Below, piece by piece: positions 38,385 through 53,100 of a stretch of 64,000 nucleotides of DNA. Position numbers and translations under genes: made by a program. The DNA comes from Eledone cirrhosa (Eukaryota): assembly GCA_964016885.1 (NCBI GenBank), contig OZ024758.1, forward strand, positions 33,356,001 through 33,420,000, given 5' to 3'. Within the stretch, counting starts at the first letter, position 1. Every line of letters begins with the position of its first letter. The notes under the pieces were generated by a model, which saw only the letters and a program-made list of their open reading frames with translations, did no database searches and was not told the origin of the DNA.

Positions 38385-38686
38385 AGCATCTAACAGCATG
38401 CTTCGCTGCATAAAGTTATGGCCCTTTTCATTCTGAGTTCAAATTCCGCCGAGGTTAGCTTTGCCTTTCATCCTTACGGGGTCAATAAAATAAAAGTACC
38501 AGTAATGTACTAAGGTTGATTTAATTGACTTTCCCTCCTCCAAAATTGTTGGCCTTGTTACTAAATCAGAAACGATAATAATTGTTTCTGCTTTTGGCAC
38601 AAGGCCAGTGTATTACTGGTACTTTATTTTATCGATCCCGTAAGGATGAAAGGCAAAGTTAACCTTGGCGGGATTTGAACTCAGAA
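38385..38686. mobile_element. Tail-to-tail pair of OR-like SINEs
   Basis: + copy 38385-38575 and - copy 38580-38686 meet at ATAATAATT. Confidence 0.8.
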
Positions 38687-39509
38687 TAATAGGTTAAACT
38701 GGTTTACACAGTATATATTACTATAACAGGTTAAACTTGTTTACATAGTATATAATATTACTGTAATAGGTTAAACTGGTTTACATAGTATATAATATTA
38801 CTGTAATAGGTTAAACTGGTTTACATAGTATATAATATTACTGTAATAGGTTAAACTTGTTTACATAGTATATAATATTACTGCAATAGGTTAAACTGGT
38901 TTATATAATATATAATATTACTGTAATAGGTTAAACTGGTTTACATAGTATATAATATTACTGTAATAGGTTAAACTGGTTTACATAGTATATAATATTA
39001 CTATAATAGGTTAAACTGGTTTACATAGTATATAATATTACTATAATAGGTTAAACTGGTTTACATAGTATATAATATTACTGTAATAGGTTAAACTGGT
39101 TTACATAGTATATAATATTACTATAATAGGTTAAACTGGTTTACATAGTATATAATATTACTGTAATAGGTTAAACTGGTTTACATAGTATATAATATTA
39201 CTGCAATAGGTTAAACTGGTTTATATAATAGATAATATTACTATAATAGGTTAAACTGGTTAACATAGTATATAATATTACTGTAATAGGTTAAACTGGT
39301 TTATATAATATATATTACTGTAATAGGTTAAACTGGTGTATATAATATATAATATTACTACAACAGGTTAAACTGGTTTACATAGTATATAATATTACTG
39401 TAATAGGTTAAACTGGTTTATATAATATATATTACTGTAATAGGTTAAACTGGTTTATATAATATATAATATTACTGTAATAGGTTAAATTGGTTTATAT
39501 AATATATAA

Positions 39510-39649
39510 TTGTTTCTACTTTTGGCACAAGGCCAGCAATTACCCAGTGTATTACTGGTACTTTATTTTATCGACCCCGTAAGGATGAAAGGCAAAGTTA
39601 ACCTCGGCGGGATTTGAACTCAGAATGGCAAGGGCCGTAACTCTATGCG
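39510..39649 (-). mobile_element. OR-like SINE inside the minisatellite
   Basis: Reverse core; flanked by TAATATATAAT. Confidence 0.85.
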
Positions 39650-41838
39650 TAATATATAATATTACTATAACAGGTTAAACTGGTTTACACAGTATATGAT
39701 ATTACTATAATAGGTTAAACTGGTTTATATAATATATAATATTACTGTAATAGGTTAAACTGGTTTATATAATATATAATATTACTGTAATAGGTTAAAC
39801 TGGTTTATATATAATATATAATATTACTGTAATAGGTTAAACTGGTTTACACAGTATCTAATATTACTATAATAGGTTAAACTGGTTTATATAATATATA
39901 ATATTACTGTAATAGGTTAAACTGGTTTATATAATATATAATATTACTGTAATAGGTTAAACTGGTTTATATATAATATATAATATTACTGTAATAGGTT
40001 AAACTGGTTTACACAGTATCTAATATTACTATAATAGGTTAAACTGGTTTACATAGTATATAATATTACTGTAATAGGTTAAACTGGTTTATATAATATA
40101 TATTACTGTAATAGGTTAAACTGGTTTATATAATATATATTACTATAATAGGTTAAAATGGTTTACACAGTATATAATATTACTGTAATAGGTTAAACTG
40201 GTTTATATAATATATAATATTACTATAATAGGTTAAACTGGTTTACACAGTATATAATATTACTATAATAGGTTAAACTGGTTTACATAATATATATTAC
40301 TGTAATAGGTTAAACTGGTTTACATAGTATATAATATTACTATAATAGGTTAAACTGGTTTATATAATAGATAATATTACTATAATAGGTTAAATTGGTT
40401 TATATAATATGTATTAGTATAATAGGTTAAACTGGTTTACACAGTATATAATATTACTATAATAGGTTAAAATGGTTTATATAATATATAATATTACTGT
40501 AATAGGTTAAACTGGTTTATATAATATTACTATAACAGGTTAAACTGGTTTATGTAGTATATAATATTACTATAATAGGTTAAACTGGTTTATATAATAT
40601 ATAATATTACTGTAATAGGTTAAACTGGTTTATATAATATATAATATTACTATAACAGGTTAAACTGGTTTACATAGTATATAATATTACTATAATAGGT
40701 TAAACTGGTTTATATAATATATAATATTACTGTAATAGGTTAAACTGGTTTACACAGTATATAATATTACTGTAATAGGTTAAATTGGTTTATATAATAT
40801 ATAATATTACTATAACAGGTTAAACTGGTTTACACAGTATATAATATTACTATAATAGGTTAAACTGGTTTATATAATATATAATATTAATATAAAAGGT
40901 TAAACTGGTTTACACAGTATATAATATTACTGTAATAGGTTAAACTGGTTTACACAGTATATAATATTACTATAATAGGTTAAACTGGTTTACATAGAAT
41001 ATAATATTACTATAATAGGTTAAACTGGTTTATATATAATATATAATATTGCTGTAATAGGTTAAACTGGTTTATATAATATATAATATTACTATAAAAG
41101 GTTAAACTGGTTTACACAGTATATAATATTACTATAATTGGTTAAACTGGTTTACATAGTATATAATATTACTGTAATAGATTAAACTGGTTTATATAAT
41201 ATATAATATTACTATAATAGGTTAACCTGTTTTACATAGTATATAATATTACTGTAATAGGTTAAACTGGTTTACACAGTATATAATATTACTATAATAG
41301 GTTAAACTGGTTTACATAGTATATAATATTACTATAATAGGTTAAACTGGTTTATATAATTTATAATATTACTGTAATATGTTAAACTGCTTTACACAGT
41401 ATATAATTTTACTATAATAGGTTAAACTGGTTTACATAGTATATAATATTACTGTAATAGGTTAAACTGCTTTACACAGTATATAATATTACTATAATAG
41501 GTTAAACTGGTTTACATAGTATATAATATTACTGTAATAGGTTAAACTGGTTTATATAATATATATTACTGTAATAGGTTAAACTGGTTTACATAGTATA
41601 TAATATTACTGTAATAGGTTAAACTGGTTTATATAATATATATTACTGTAATAGGTTAAACTGGTTTATATAATGTATAATATTACTATAACAGGTTAAA
41701 CTAGTTTACATAGAATATAATATTACTATAATAGGTTAAACTGGTTTACATAATATATATTACTGCAATAGGTTAAACTGGTTTACATAGTATATAATAT
41801 TACTATAATAGGTTAAACTGGTTTATATAATAGATAAT

Positions 41839-42020
41839 TGTTTCTACTTTTTGGCACAAGGCCAGCAATTACCCAGTACATTACTGGCACTTTATTTTAT
41901 CGACCCCGTAAGGATGAAAGGCAAAGCTAACCTCGGCAGGATTTGAACTCAGATCGTTAAGGGACGTAACTATGCTGGAAAGCATGGTGTCTGACCCTCT
42001 ACCGATACTGCCAATCCACC
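41839..42020 (-). mobile_element. OR-like SINE with a 16-bp target-site duplication
   Basis: TTATATAATAGATAAT on both sides. Confidence 0.9.
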
Positions 42021-42156
42021 TTATATAATAGATAATATTACTATAATAGGTTAAACTGGTTTATATAATAGATAATATTACTATAATAGGTTAAACTGGT
42101 TTATATAATATATAATATTACTATAATAGGTTAAACTGGTTTACACAGTATATAAT

Positions 42157-42497
42157 GGAGGCACATGGCTTAGTGGTTAGAGCATTGGCTTTGCAATGGA
42201 AAGGTTGTGAGTTGAATTCTCAGTCCGGGTGATGTGTTGTTTCCTTGAGCAAGACACTTTATTTCACATTGCTCCAGTTTACTCAGCTGTAGAAATGAGA
42301 TAATAGGACTGGGGTCCATATCATTCCACTGTAAAGTGGTCGTGGAGGTGCTATGCAAAAAAGCACCCAAGACGCACTGTAAATGAGGTTGGTGTTAGGA
42401 AGGGCATCCAGCTGTAGAAATCAAGCCAGAATCAGTTCCCGTCCCACCCTTGCAAGCAGGGAAAAGCAGACGTAAAATGAAATGAAAATGAAATGAA
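42157..42497 (+). mobile_element. tRNA/CORE SINE with RTE tail
   Basis: Same family as 18370; tail (AAATG)n. Confidence 0.9.
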
Positions 42498-42579
42498 TAA
42501 TATTACTGTAACAGGTTAAACTGGTTTACATAGTATATAATATTACTATAATAGGTTAAACTGGTTTGCACAGTATATT

Positions 42580-42782
42580 ATGGTTCCTGATTGAGGCACA
42601 TAGCCAACCATTTTTGGGGAGGGACAAGTTGACTAAACTGACCCCAGTGCATTACTGGTACTTCATTTTATTGATCCCTGTAATGATGAAAGGCAAAGCT
42701 AACCTCGGCAGGATTTGAACTCAGGCCGTAAAGGGCCATGACTCTATGCTGTTAAACATGTTGTCCGACGCTCTACCGATTT
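42580..42782 (-). mobile_element. OR-like SINE
   Basis: Reverse core GATGAAAGGCAAAGCTAACCTCGGCAGGATTTGAACTC. Confidence 0.8.
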
Positions 42783-42820
42783 CACAGTATATAATGATGC
42801 TAGTGTAGGTTGAACTGGTG

Positions 42821-43010
42821 TAGCGGGGTGCTAAAAAGTTTCTGGCTTAAAGGTATAGCGAAAGGGTAGAGCTGTTACCTTTACAGGGGAGGTGGGACCA
42901 CTGCAATAAGTTTGTCAATCTGTGACAGGAATATGTTGAATAAAATCATAATTAACTAATCCTCCAGTATTTTCTTTTACGCAAAGCCTGGAACTTTTCA
43001 GCACACTGAT
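42821..43010. mobile_element. Mariner-type MITE
   Basis: TIRs GTGCTAAAAAGTTTCTGGCTT / AAGCCTGGAACTTTTCAGCAC with TA flanks. Confidence 0.65.
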
Positions 43011-43319
43011 ACACAGTATTAATATTACTAGTATAGGTTGAACTGGTTTACACATAGCATATTACACATTTTTGCAGCCTGAGCTACATGTATGGTCCTA
43101 CAACTCCTGGGGCAGCTGTAGGGACACTGTATTGATATACAACATTTCTAGGGCATTTCTTAAAACTGTCGGAGTCCATTTCCTCTCCAGGTCTGAATAT
43201 GTGAGACTATGTAAGCCAGATAACAGATCCCTAGCCTGTATGGGCGGTCAGAAGCCCAGCTTCAGTATTGACTTGGTCTATGTAGACCTATCCAACACTT
43301 GCCTGAAGTGGCTGTTAAA

Positions 43320-43378
43320 ATGATGACAACAATGATGACAACAATGATGACAACAATGATGACAACAATGATGACACA
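43320..43378. repeat. 12-bp tandem repeat (ATGATGACAACA), about 5 units
   Basis: Directly visible. Confidence 0.9.
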
Positions 43379-44154
43379 ATGACGACACATTGATATATAT
43401 ATTACTTGTCTGTCTGCGATTAAAACAAAAATAGAAAAAGCAAACAAAAAGTTCAATATCCAGAAACCATTTGGTATTAGTTCCATTAGTTTTCCTTGTG
43501 CACATCTGTTTATAAGAACTACTCTCTTTTTTTTATGATCTGAAACATTTTAAAGTGAAAAATAATAGATTAAAACAGTCACCTGATTCCATCTTTTCCT
43601 TTTTTTTTAATGATTCAAATACTTTGATGTTTTTCCATTGCAGTGTTTCATTTAAATATTCTAAAAAAACAAAACAAAAACTAAAGAAGCCATTCAATGA
43701 AACAAACTATGTCCTCCCAAACCAAGCAATTTTACTCTGCTCTGATTTGATTTAATTAAACACCAAAGGTCTTTTACTTATACATACATACTTAAGAAAT
43801 TGAAAAATTCTTTCTATTGTAAATAAAATGATGGACATAGTATGGCATAGAAAAACCAACTTCACTTTAATTGTGAATAAAAAAGAAGTGAACACTTCTT
43901 CCCTCAAGCTAAACACATCTAATCAAAGAAATATTCAAGTCAGCAAAGATTTGCTTATAACCATAGGTTTGATATATTAACAATGTCAAAACATGTTCCT
44001 GTTGTTTTTACATATTCTGAAGAATAAATTGGAAACAAAATATATTCCTTCAGTGTTGATTACTTTCTTTAAATTGTCTTTCAATTTTACACTCTATAAG
44101 AATCTTTATTACTACATAAAAACACAAATGAATAAAATGATCATTTCTTTAATG

Positions 44155-47100
44155 ATGGTGGTGACAGTACTAGTGACACTGGTGGTGACAGTACTAGTGA
44201 CACTGTTGGTGACAGTACTAGTGACACTGTTGGTGACAGTACTAGTGACACTGTTGGTGACAGTACTAGTGTCACTGTTGGTGACAGTACTAGTGACACT
44301 GTTGGTGACAGTACTAGTGACACTGTTGGTGACAGTACTAGTGACACTGTTGGTGACAGTACTAGTGACACTGTTGGTGACAGTACTAGTGACACTGTTG
44401 GTGACAGTACTAGTGACACTGTTGGTGACAGTACTAGTGACACTGTTAGTGACAGTACTAGTGACACTGTTAGTGACAGTACTAGTGACACTGTTAGTGA
44501 CAGTACTAGTGACACTGTTGGTGACAGTACTAGTGTCACTGTTGGTGACAGTACTAGTGACATTGTTGGTGACAGTACTAGTGACACTGTTGGTGACAGT
44601 ACTAGTGACACTGTTGGTGACAGTACTAGTGTCACTGTTGGTGACAGTACTAGTGTCACTGTTGGTGACAGTACTAGTGACACTGTTGGTGACAGTACTA
44701 GTGTCACTGTTGGTGACAGTACTAGTGACACTGTTGGTGACATATACTAGTGTCACTGTTGGTGACATATACTAGTGTCACTGTTGGTGACAGTACTAGT
44801 GTCATTGTTGGTGACAGTACTAGTGTCACTGTTGGTGATAGTACTAGTGACACTGTTGGTGACAGTACTAGTGACACTGTTGGTGACAGTACTAGTGTCA
44901 CTGTTGGTGATAGTACTAGTGACACTGTTGGTGACAGTACTAGTGACACTGTTGGTGACAGTACTAGTGTCACTGTTGGTGACAGTACTAGTGTCACTGT
45001 TGGTGACAGTACTAGTGACACTGTTGGTGACAGTACTAGTGTCACTGTTGGTGACAGTACTAGTGACACTGTTGGTGACATATACTAGTGTCACTGTTGG
45101 TGACAGTACTAGTGTCACTGTTGGTGACAGTACTAGTGACACTGTTGGTGACATATACTAGTGACACTGTTGGTGACAGTACTAGTGACACTGTTGGTGA
45201 CAGTACTAGTGACACTGTTGGTGACAGTAATAGTGTCACTGTTGGTGACAGTACTAGTGACACTGTTGGTGACATATACTAGTGTCACTGTTGGTGACAG
45301 TACTAGTGTCATTGTTGGTGACAGTACTAGTGTCACTGTTGGTGACAGTACTAGTGTCATTGTTGGTGACAGTACTAGTGTCACTGTTGGTGACAGTACT
45401 AGTGTCATTGTTGGTGACAGTACTAGTGTCACTGTTGGTGACAGTACTAGTGTCACTGTTGGTGACAGTACTAGTGTCACTGTTGGTGATAGTACTAGTG
45501 ACACTGTTGGTGACAGTACTAGTGACACAGTTGGTGACAGTACTAGTGACACTGTTGGTGACAGTACTAGTGACACTGTTGGTGACAGTACTAGTGTCAC
45601 TATTGGTGACAGTACTAGTGACACTGTTGGTGGTGACAGTACTAGTGACACTGTTGTTGGTGACAGTACTAGTGACACTGTTGGTGACAGTACTAGTGAC
45701 ACTGTTGGTGGTGACAGTACTAGTGACACTGTTGTTGGTGACAGTACTAGTGACACTGTTGGTGACAGTACTAGTGTCACTGTTGGTGACAGTACTAGTG
45801 TCACTGTTGGTGGTGACAGTACTAGTGACACTGTTGGTGGTGACAGTACTAGTGACACTGTTGGTGACAGTACTAGTGACACTGTTGGTGACAGTACTAG
45901 TGACACTGTTGGTGACAGTACTAGTGACACTGTTGGTGACAGTACTAGTGACACTGTTGGTGGTGACAGTACTAGTGACACTGTTGGTGACAGTACTAGT
46001 GACAGTGTTGGTGGTGACAGTACTAGTGACACTGTTGGTGGTGACAGTACTAGTGACACTGTTGGTGACAGTACTAGTGACACTGTTGTTGGTGACAGTA
46101 CTAGTGACACTGTTGGTGACTACTAGTGTCACTGTTGGTGGTGACAGTACTAGTGACACTGTTGGTGGTGACAGTACTAGTGACACTGTTGGTGACAGTA
46201 CTAGTGACACTGTTGGTGACAGTACTAGTGACACTGTTGGTGACAGTACTAGTGACACTGTTGGTGGTGACAGTACTAGTGACACTGTTGGTGGTGACAG
46301 TACTAGTGACACTGTTGTTGGTGACAGTACTAGTGACACTGTTGGTGACAGTACTAGTGACACTGTTGGTGACAGTACTAGTGACACTGTTGGTGACAGT
46401 ACTAGTGACACTGTTGGTGACAGTACTAGTGACACTGTTGGTGACAGTACTAGTGACACTGTTGGTGACAGTACTAGTGACACTGTTGGTGACAGTACTA
46501 GTGACACTGTTGGTGGTGACAGTACTAGTGACACTGTTGGTGGTGACAGTACTAGTGACACTGTTGGTGACAGTACTAGTGACACTGTTGGTGACAGTAC
46601 TAGTGCCACTGTTGGTGACAGTACTAGTGACACTGTTGGTGACAGTACTAGTGACACTGTTGGTGACAGTACTAGTGACACTGTTGGTGACAGTACTAGT
46701 GACACTGTTGGTGTTGACAGTACTAGTGACACTGTTGGTGGTGACAGTACTAGTGACACTGTTGGTGACAGTACTAGTGACACTGTTGGTGACAGTACTA
46801 GTGACACTGTTGGTGACAGTACTAGTGACACTGTTGGTGACAGTACTAGTGACACTGTTGGTGGTGACAGTACTAGTGACACTGTTGGTGGTGACAGTAC
46901 TAGTGACACTGTTGGTGACAGTACTAGTGACACTGTTGGTGACAGTACTAGTGACACTGTTGGTGACAGTACTAGTGACACTGTTGGTGACAGTACTAGT
47001 GACACTGTTGGTGACAGTACTAGTGACACTGTTGGTGACAGTACTAGTGTCACTGTTGGTGGTGACAGTACTAGTGTCACTGTTGGTGGTGACAGTACTA

Positions 47101-50100
47101 GTGTCACTGTTGGTGACAGTACTAGTGTCACTGTTGGTGACAGTACTAGTGTCACTGTTGGTGACAGTACTAGTGTCACTGTTGGTGACAGTACTAGTGA
47201 CACTGTTGGTGACAGTACTAGTGACACTGTTGGTGACAGTACTAGTGACACTGTTGGTGACAGTACTAGTGACACTGTTGGTGACAGTACTAGTGACACT
47301 GTTGGTGACAGTACTAGTGACACTGTTGGTGACAGTACTAGTGTCACTGTTGGTGGTGACAGTACTAGTGTCACTGTTGGTGGTGACAGTACTAGTGTCA
47401 CTGTTGGTGACAGTACTAGTGTCACTGTTGGTGACAGTACTAGTGTCACTGTTGGTGACAGTACTAGTGTCACTGTTGGTGACAGTACTAGTGTCACTGT
47501 TGGTGACAGTACTAGTGACACTGTTGGTGACAGTACTAGTGACACTGTTGGTGACAGTACTAGTGACACTGTTGGTGACAGTACTAGTGACACTGTTGGT
47601 GACAGTACTAGTGACACTGTTGGTGACAGCACTAGTGACACTGTTGGTGGTGACAGTACTAGTGACACTGTTGGTGACAGTACTAGTGACACTGTTGGTG
47701 ACAGTACTAGTGACACTGTTGGTGACAGTACTAGTGTCACTGTTGGTGACAGTACTAGTGTCACTGTTGGTGACAGTACTAGTGTCACTGTTGGTGACAG
47801 TACTAGTGACACTGTTGGTGACAGTACTAGTGACACTGTGACACTGTTGGTGACAGTACTAGTGACACTGTTGGTGACAGTACTAGTGACACTGTTGGTG
47901 GTGACTACTAGTGTCACTGTTGGTGACAGTACTAGTGACACTGTTGGTGACAGTACTAGTGACTCTGTTGGTGACAGTACTAGTGACACTGTTGGTGACA
48001 GTACTAGTGACACTGTTGGTGACAGTACTAGTGACACTGTTGGTGGTGACAGTACTAGTGACACTGTTGGTGACAGTACTAGTGTCACTGTTGGTGACAG
48101 TACTAGTTTCACTGTTGGTGACAGTACTAGTGTCACTGTTGGTGACAGTACTAGTGTCACTGTTGGTGACAGTACTAGTGACACTGTTGGTGACAGTACT
48201 AGTGACACTGTTGCTGACAGTACTAGTGATACTGTTGCTGACAGTACTAGTGACACTGTTGGTGACAGTACTAGTGACACTGTTGGTGGTGACAGTACTA
48301 GTGACACTGTTGGTGGTGACAGTACTAGTGACACTGTTGGTGACAGTACTAGTGACACTGTTGGTGACAGTACTAGTGACACTGTTGGTGACAGTACTAG
48401 TGACACTGTTGGTGACAGTACTAGTGACACTGTTGGTGACAGTACTAGTGACACTGTTGGTGACAGTACTAGTGACACTTGGTGACAGTACTAGTGTCAC
48501 TGTTGGTGGTGACAGTACTAGTGACACTGTTGGTGACAGTACTAGTGTCACTGTTGGTGACAGTACTAGTGACACTGTTGGTGACAGTACTAGTGACACT
48601 ATTGTGACAGTACTAGTGACACTGTTGGTGGTGACAGTACTAGTGACACTGTTGGTGGTGACAGTACTAGTGACACTGTTGGTGACAGTACTAGTGACAC
48701 TGGTCACAGTACTAGTGACACTGGTCACAGTACTAGTGACACTGTTGGTGACAGTACTAGTGACACTGTTGGTGGTGACAGTACTAGTGACACTGTTGGT
48801 GACAGTACTAGTGACACTGTTGGTGACAGTACTAGTGACACTGTTGGTGGTGACAGTACTAGTGACACTGTTGTTGACAGTACTAGTGACACTGTTGGTC
48901 ACAGTACTAGTGACACTGTTGGTGACAGTACTAGTGACACTGTTGGTGGTGACAGTACTAGTGACACTGTTGGTGACAGTACTAGTGTCACTGTTGGTGA
49001 CAGTACTAGTGTCACTGTTGGTGACAGTACTAGTGTCACTGTTGGTGACAGTACTAGTGTCACTGTTGGTGACAGTACTAGTGACACTGTTGGTGACAGT
49101 ACTAGTGACACTGTTGGTGACAGTACTAGTGACACTGTTGGTGGTGACAGTACTAGTGTCACTATTGGTGACAGTACTAGTGACACTGTTGGTGACAGTA
49201 CTGGTGACACTGTTGGTGACAGTACTAGTGACACTGTTGGTGACAGTACTAGTGACACTGTTGGTGACAGTACTAGTGACACTGTTGGTGGTGACAGTAC
49301 TAGTGACACTGTTGGTGACAGTACTAGTGTCACTGTTGGTGACAGTACTAGTGTCACTGTTGGTGACAGTACTAGTGACACTGTTGGTGACAGTACTAGT
49401 GACACTGTTGGTGACAGTACTAGTGACACTGTTGGTGGTGACAGTACTAGTGACACTGTTGGTGACAGTACTAGTGACGCTGTTGGTGACAGTACTAGTG
49501 ACACTGTTGGTGACAGTACTAGTGACACTGTTGGTGACAGTACTAGTGACACTGTTGGTGACAGTACTAGTGACACTGTTGGTGACAGTACTAGTGACAC
49601 AGTTGGTGACAGTACTAGTGACACTGTGACACTGTTGGTGACAGTACTAGTGACACTGTTGGTGGTGACAGTACTAGTGACACAGTTGGTGACAGTACTA
49701 GTGACACTGTTGGTGACAGTACTAGTGACACTGTTGGTGACTACTAGTGACTCTGTTGGTGACAGTACTAGTGACACTGTTGGTGACAGTACTAGTGACA
49801 CTGTTGGTGGTGACAGTACTAGTGACACTGTTGGTGACAGTACTAGTGACACTGTTGGTGACAGTACTAGTGTCACTGTTGGTGACTACTAGTGTCACTG
49901 TTGGTGACAGTACTAGTGTCACTGTTGGTGACAGTACTAGTGACACTGTTGGTGACAGTACTAGTGACACTGTTGGTGACAGTACTAGTGACACTGTTGG
50001 TGACAGTACTAGTGACACTGTTGGTGGTGACAGTACTAGTGACACTGTTGGTGACAGTACTAGTGACACTGTTGGTGACAGTACTAGTGACACTGTTGGT

Positions 50101-53100
50101 GACAGTACTAGTGACACTGTTGGTGGTGACAGTACTAGTGACACTGTTGCTGACAGTACTAGTGTCACTGTTGGTGACAGTACTAGTGTCACTGTTGGTG
50201 ACAGTACTAGTGTCACTGTTGGTGACAGTACTAGTGTCACTGTTGGTGACAGTACTAGTGTCACTGTTGGTGACAGTACTAGTGTCACTGTTGGTGACAG
50301 TACTAGTGACACTGTTGGTGACAGTTCTAGTGACACTGTTGGTGACAGTACTAGTAACACTGTTGGTGACAGTACTAGTGACACTGTTGGTGACAGTACT
50401 AGTGACACTGTTGGTGGTGAAAGTACTAGTGACACTGTTGGTGACAGTACTAGTGACGCTGTTGGTGACAGTACTAGTGACACTGTTGTTGACAGTACTA
50501 GTGACACTGTTGGTGACAGTACAAGTGACACTGTTGGTGACAGTACTAGTGACACTGTTGGTGACAGTACTAGTGACACTGTTGGTGACAGTACTAGTGA
50601 CACTGTTGGTGACAGTACTAGTGACACTGTTGGTGACAGTACTAGTGACACTGTTGGTGGTGACAGTACTAGTGACACTGTTGGTGACAGTACTAGTGTC
50701 ACTGTTGGTGACTACTAGTGTCACTGTTGGTGACAGTACTAGTGACACTGTTGGTGACAGTACTAGTGACACTGTTGGTGACAGTACTAGTGACACTGTT
50801 GGTGACAGTACTAGTGACACTGTTGGTGACAGTACTAGTGACACTGTTGGTGACAGTACTAGTGACACTGTTGGTGGTGACAGTACTAGTGACACTGTTG
50901 GTGACAGTACTAGTGTCACTGTTGGTCAGTACTAGTGTCACTGTTGGTGACTACTAGTGTCACTGTTGGTGACAGTACTAGTGTCACTGTTGGTGACAGT
51001 ACTAGTGTCACTGTTGGTGACAGTACTAGTGACACTGTTGGTGACAGTACTAGTGGCACTGTTGGTGACAGTACTAGTGACACTGTTGGTGGTGACAGTA
51101 CTAGTGACACTGTTGGTGACAGTACTAGTGACGCTGTTGGTGACAGTACTAGTGACACTGTTGGTGACAGTACTAGTGACACTGTTGGTGACAGTACTAG
51201 TGACACTGTTGGTGACAGTACTAGTGACACTGTTGGTGACAGTACTAGTGACACAGTTGGTGACAGTACTAGTGACACTGTGACACTGTTGGTGACAGTA
51301 CTAGTGACACTGTTGGTGACAGTACTAGTGACACTGTTGGTGGTGACAGTACTAGTGTCACTGTTGGTGACAGTACTAGTGACACAGTTGGTGACAGTAC
51401 TAGTGACACAGTTGGTGACAGTACTAGTGACACTGTTGGTGACAGTACTAGTGACACTGTTGGTGACAGTACTAGTGACTCTGTTGGTGACAGTACTAGT
51501 GACACTGTTGGTGACAGTACTAGTGACACTGTTGGTGGTGACAGTACTAGTGACACTGTTGGTGACAGTACTAGTGTCACTGTTGGTGACTACTAGTGTC
51601 ACTGTTGGTGACAGTACTAGTGTCACTGTTGGTGACAGTTCTAGTGTCACTGTTGGTGACAGTACTAGTGACACTGTTGGTGACAGTACTAGTGACACTG
51701 TTGGTGACAGTACTAGTGACACTGTTGCTGACAGTACTAGTGACACTGTTGGTGACAGTACTAGTGACACTGTTGGTGACAGTACTAGTGACACTGTTGG
51801 TGACAGTACTAGTGACACTGTTGGTGACAGTACTAGTGACACTGTTGGTGACAGTACTAGTAACACTGTTGGTGACAGTACTAGTGACACTGTTGGTGAC
51901 AGTACTAGTGACACTGTTGGTGGTGACAGTACTAGTGACACTGTTGCTGACAGTACTAGTGTCACTGTTGGTGACAGTACTAGTGTCACTGTTGGTGACA
52001 GTACTAGTGTCACTGTTGGTGACAGTACTAGTGTCACTGTTGGTGACAGTACTAGTGACACTGTTGGTGACAGTACTAGTGTCACTGTTGGTGACAGTAC
52101 TAGTGACACTGTTGGTGGTGACAGTACTAGTGTCACTGTTGGTGACAGTACTAGTGACACTGTTGGTGGTGACAGTACTAGTGACACTGTTGCTGACAGT
52201 ACTAGTGTCACTGTTGGTGGTGACCGTACTAGTGACACTGTTGGTGACAGTACTAGTGACACTGTTGGTGGTGACAGTACTAGTGACACTGTTGCTGACA
52301 GTACTAGTGTCACTGTTGGTGACAGTACTAGTGTCACTGTTGGTGACAGTACTAGTGTCACTGTTGGTGACAGTACTAGTGACACTGTTGCTGACAGTAC
52401 TAGTGTCACTGTTGGTGACAGTACTAGTGACACTGTTGCTGACAGTACTAGTGTCACTGTTGGTGACAGTACTAGTGACACTGTTGGTGACAGTACTAGT
52501 GACACTGTTGGTGGTGACAGTACTAGTGACACTGTTGCTGACAGTACTAGTGTCACTGTTGGTGACAGTACTAGTGACACTGTTGGTGACAGTACTAGTG
52601 ACACTGTTGGTGGTGACAGTACTAGTGACACTGTTGGTGACAGTACTAGTGACGCTGTTGGTGACAGTACTAGTGACACTGTTGTTGACAGTACTAGTGA
52701 CACTGTTGGTGACAGTACTAGTGACACTGTTGGTGACAGTACTAGTGACACTGTTGGTGACAGTACTAGTGACACTGTTGGTGACAGTACTAGTGACACT
52801 GTTGGTGGTGACAGTACTAGTGACACTGTTGGTGACAGTACTAGTGTCACTGTTGGTGACAGTACTAGTGTCACTGTTGGTGACAGTACTAGTGACACTG
52901 TTGGTGACAGTACTAGTGACACTGTTGGTGACAGTACTAGTGACACTGTTGGTGACAGTACTAGTGACACTGTTGGTGACAGTGCTAGTGACACTGTTGG
53001 TGGTGACAGTGCTAGTGACACTGTTGGTGGTGACAGTACTAGTGACACTGTCGGTGACAGTACTAGTGACACTGTTGGTGACAGTACTAGTGACACTGTT

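Larger units (their letters stand above)
38686..42578. repeat. 40-bp minisatellite with three SINE insertions
   Basis: Unit AATAGGTTAAACTGGTTTACATAGTATATAATATTACTGT; degenerate units continue to ~43065. Confidence 0.97.
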
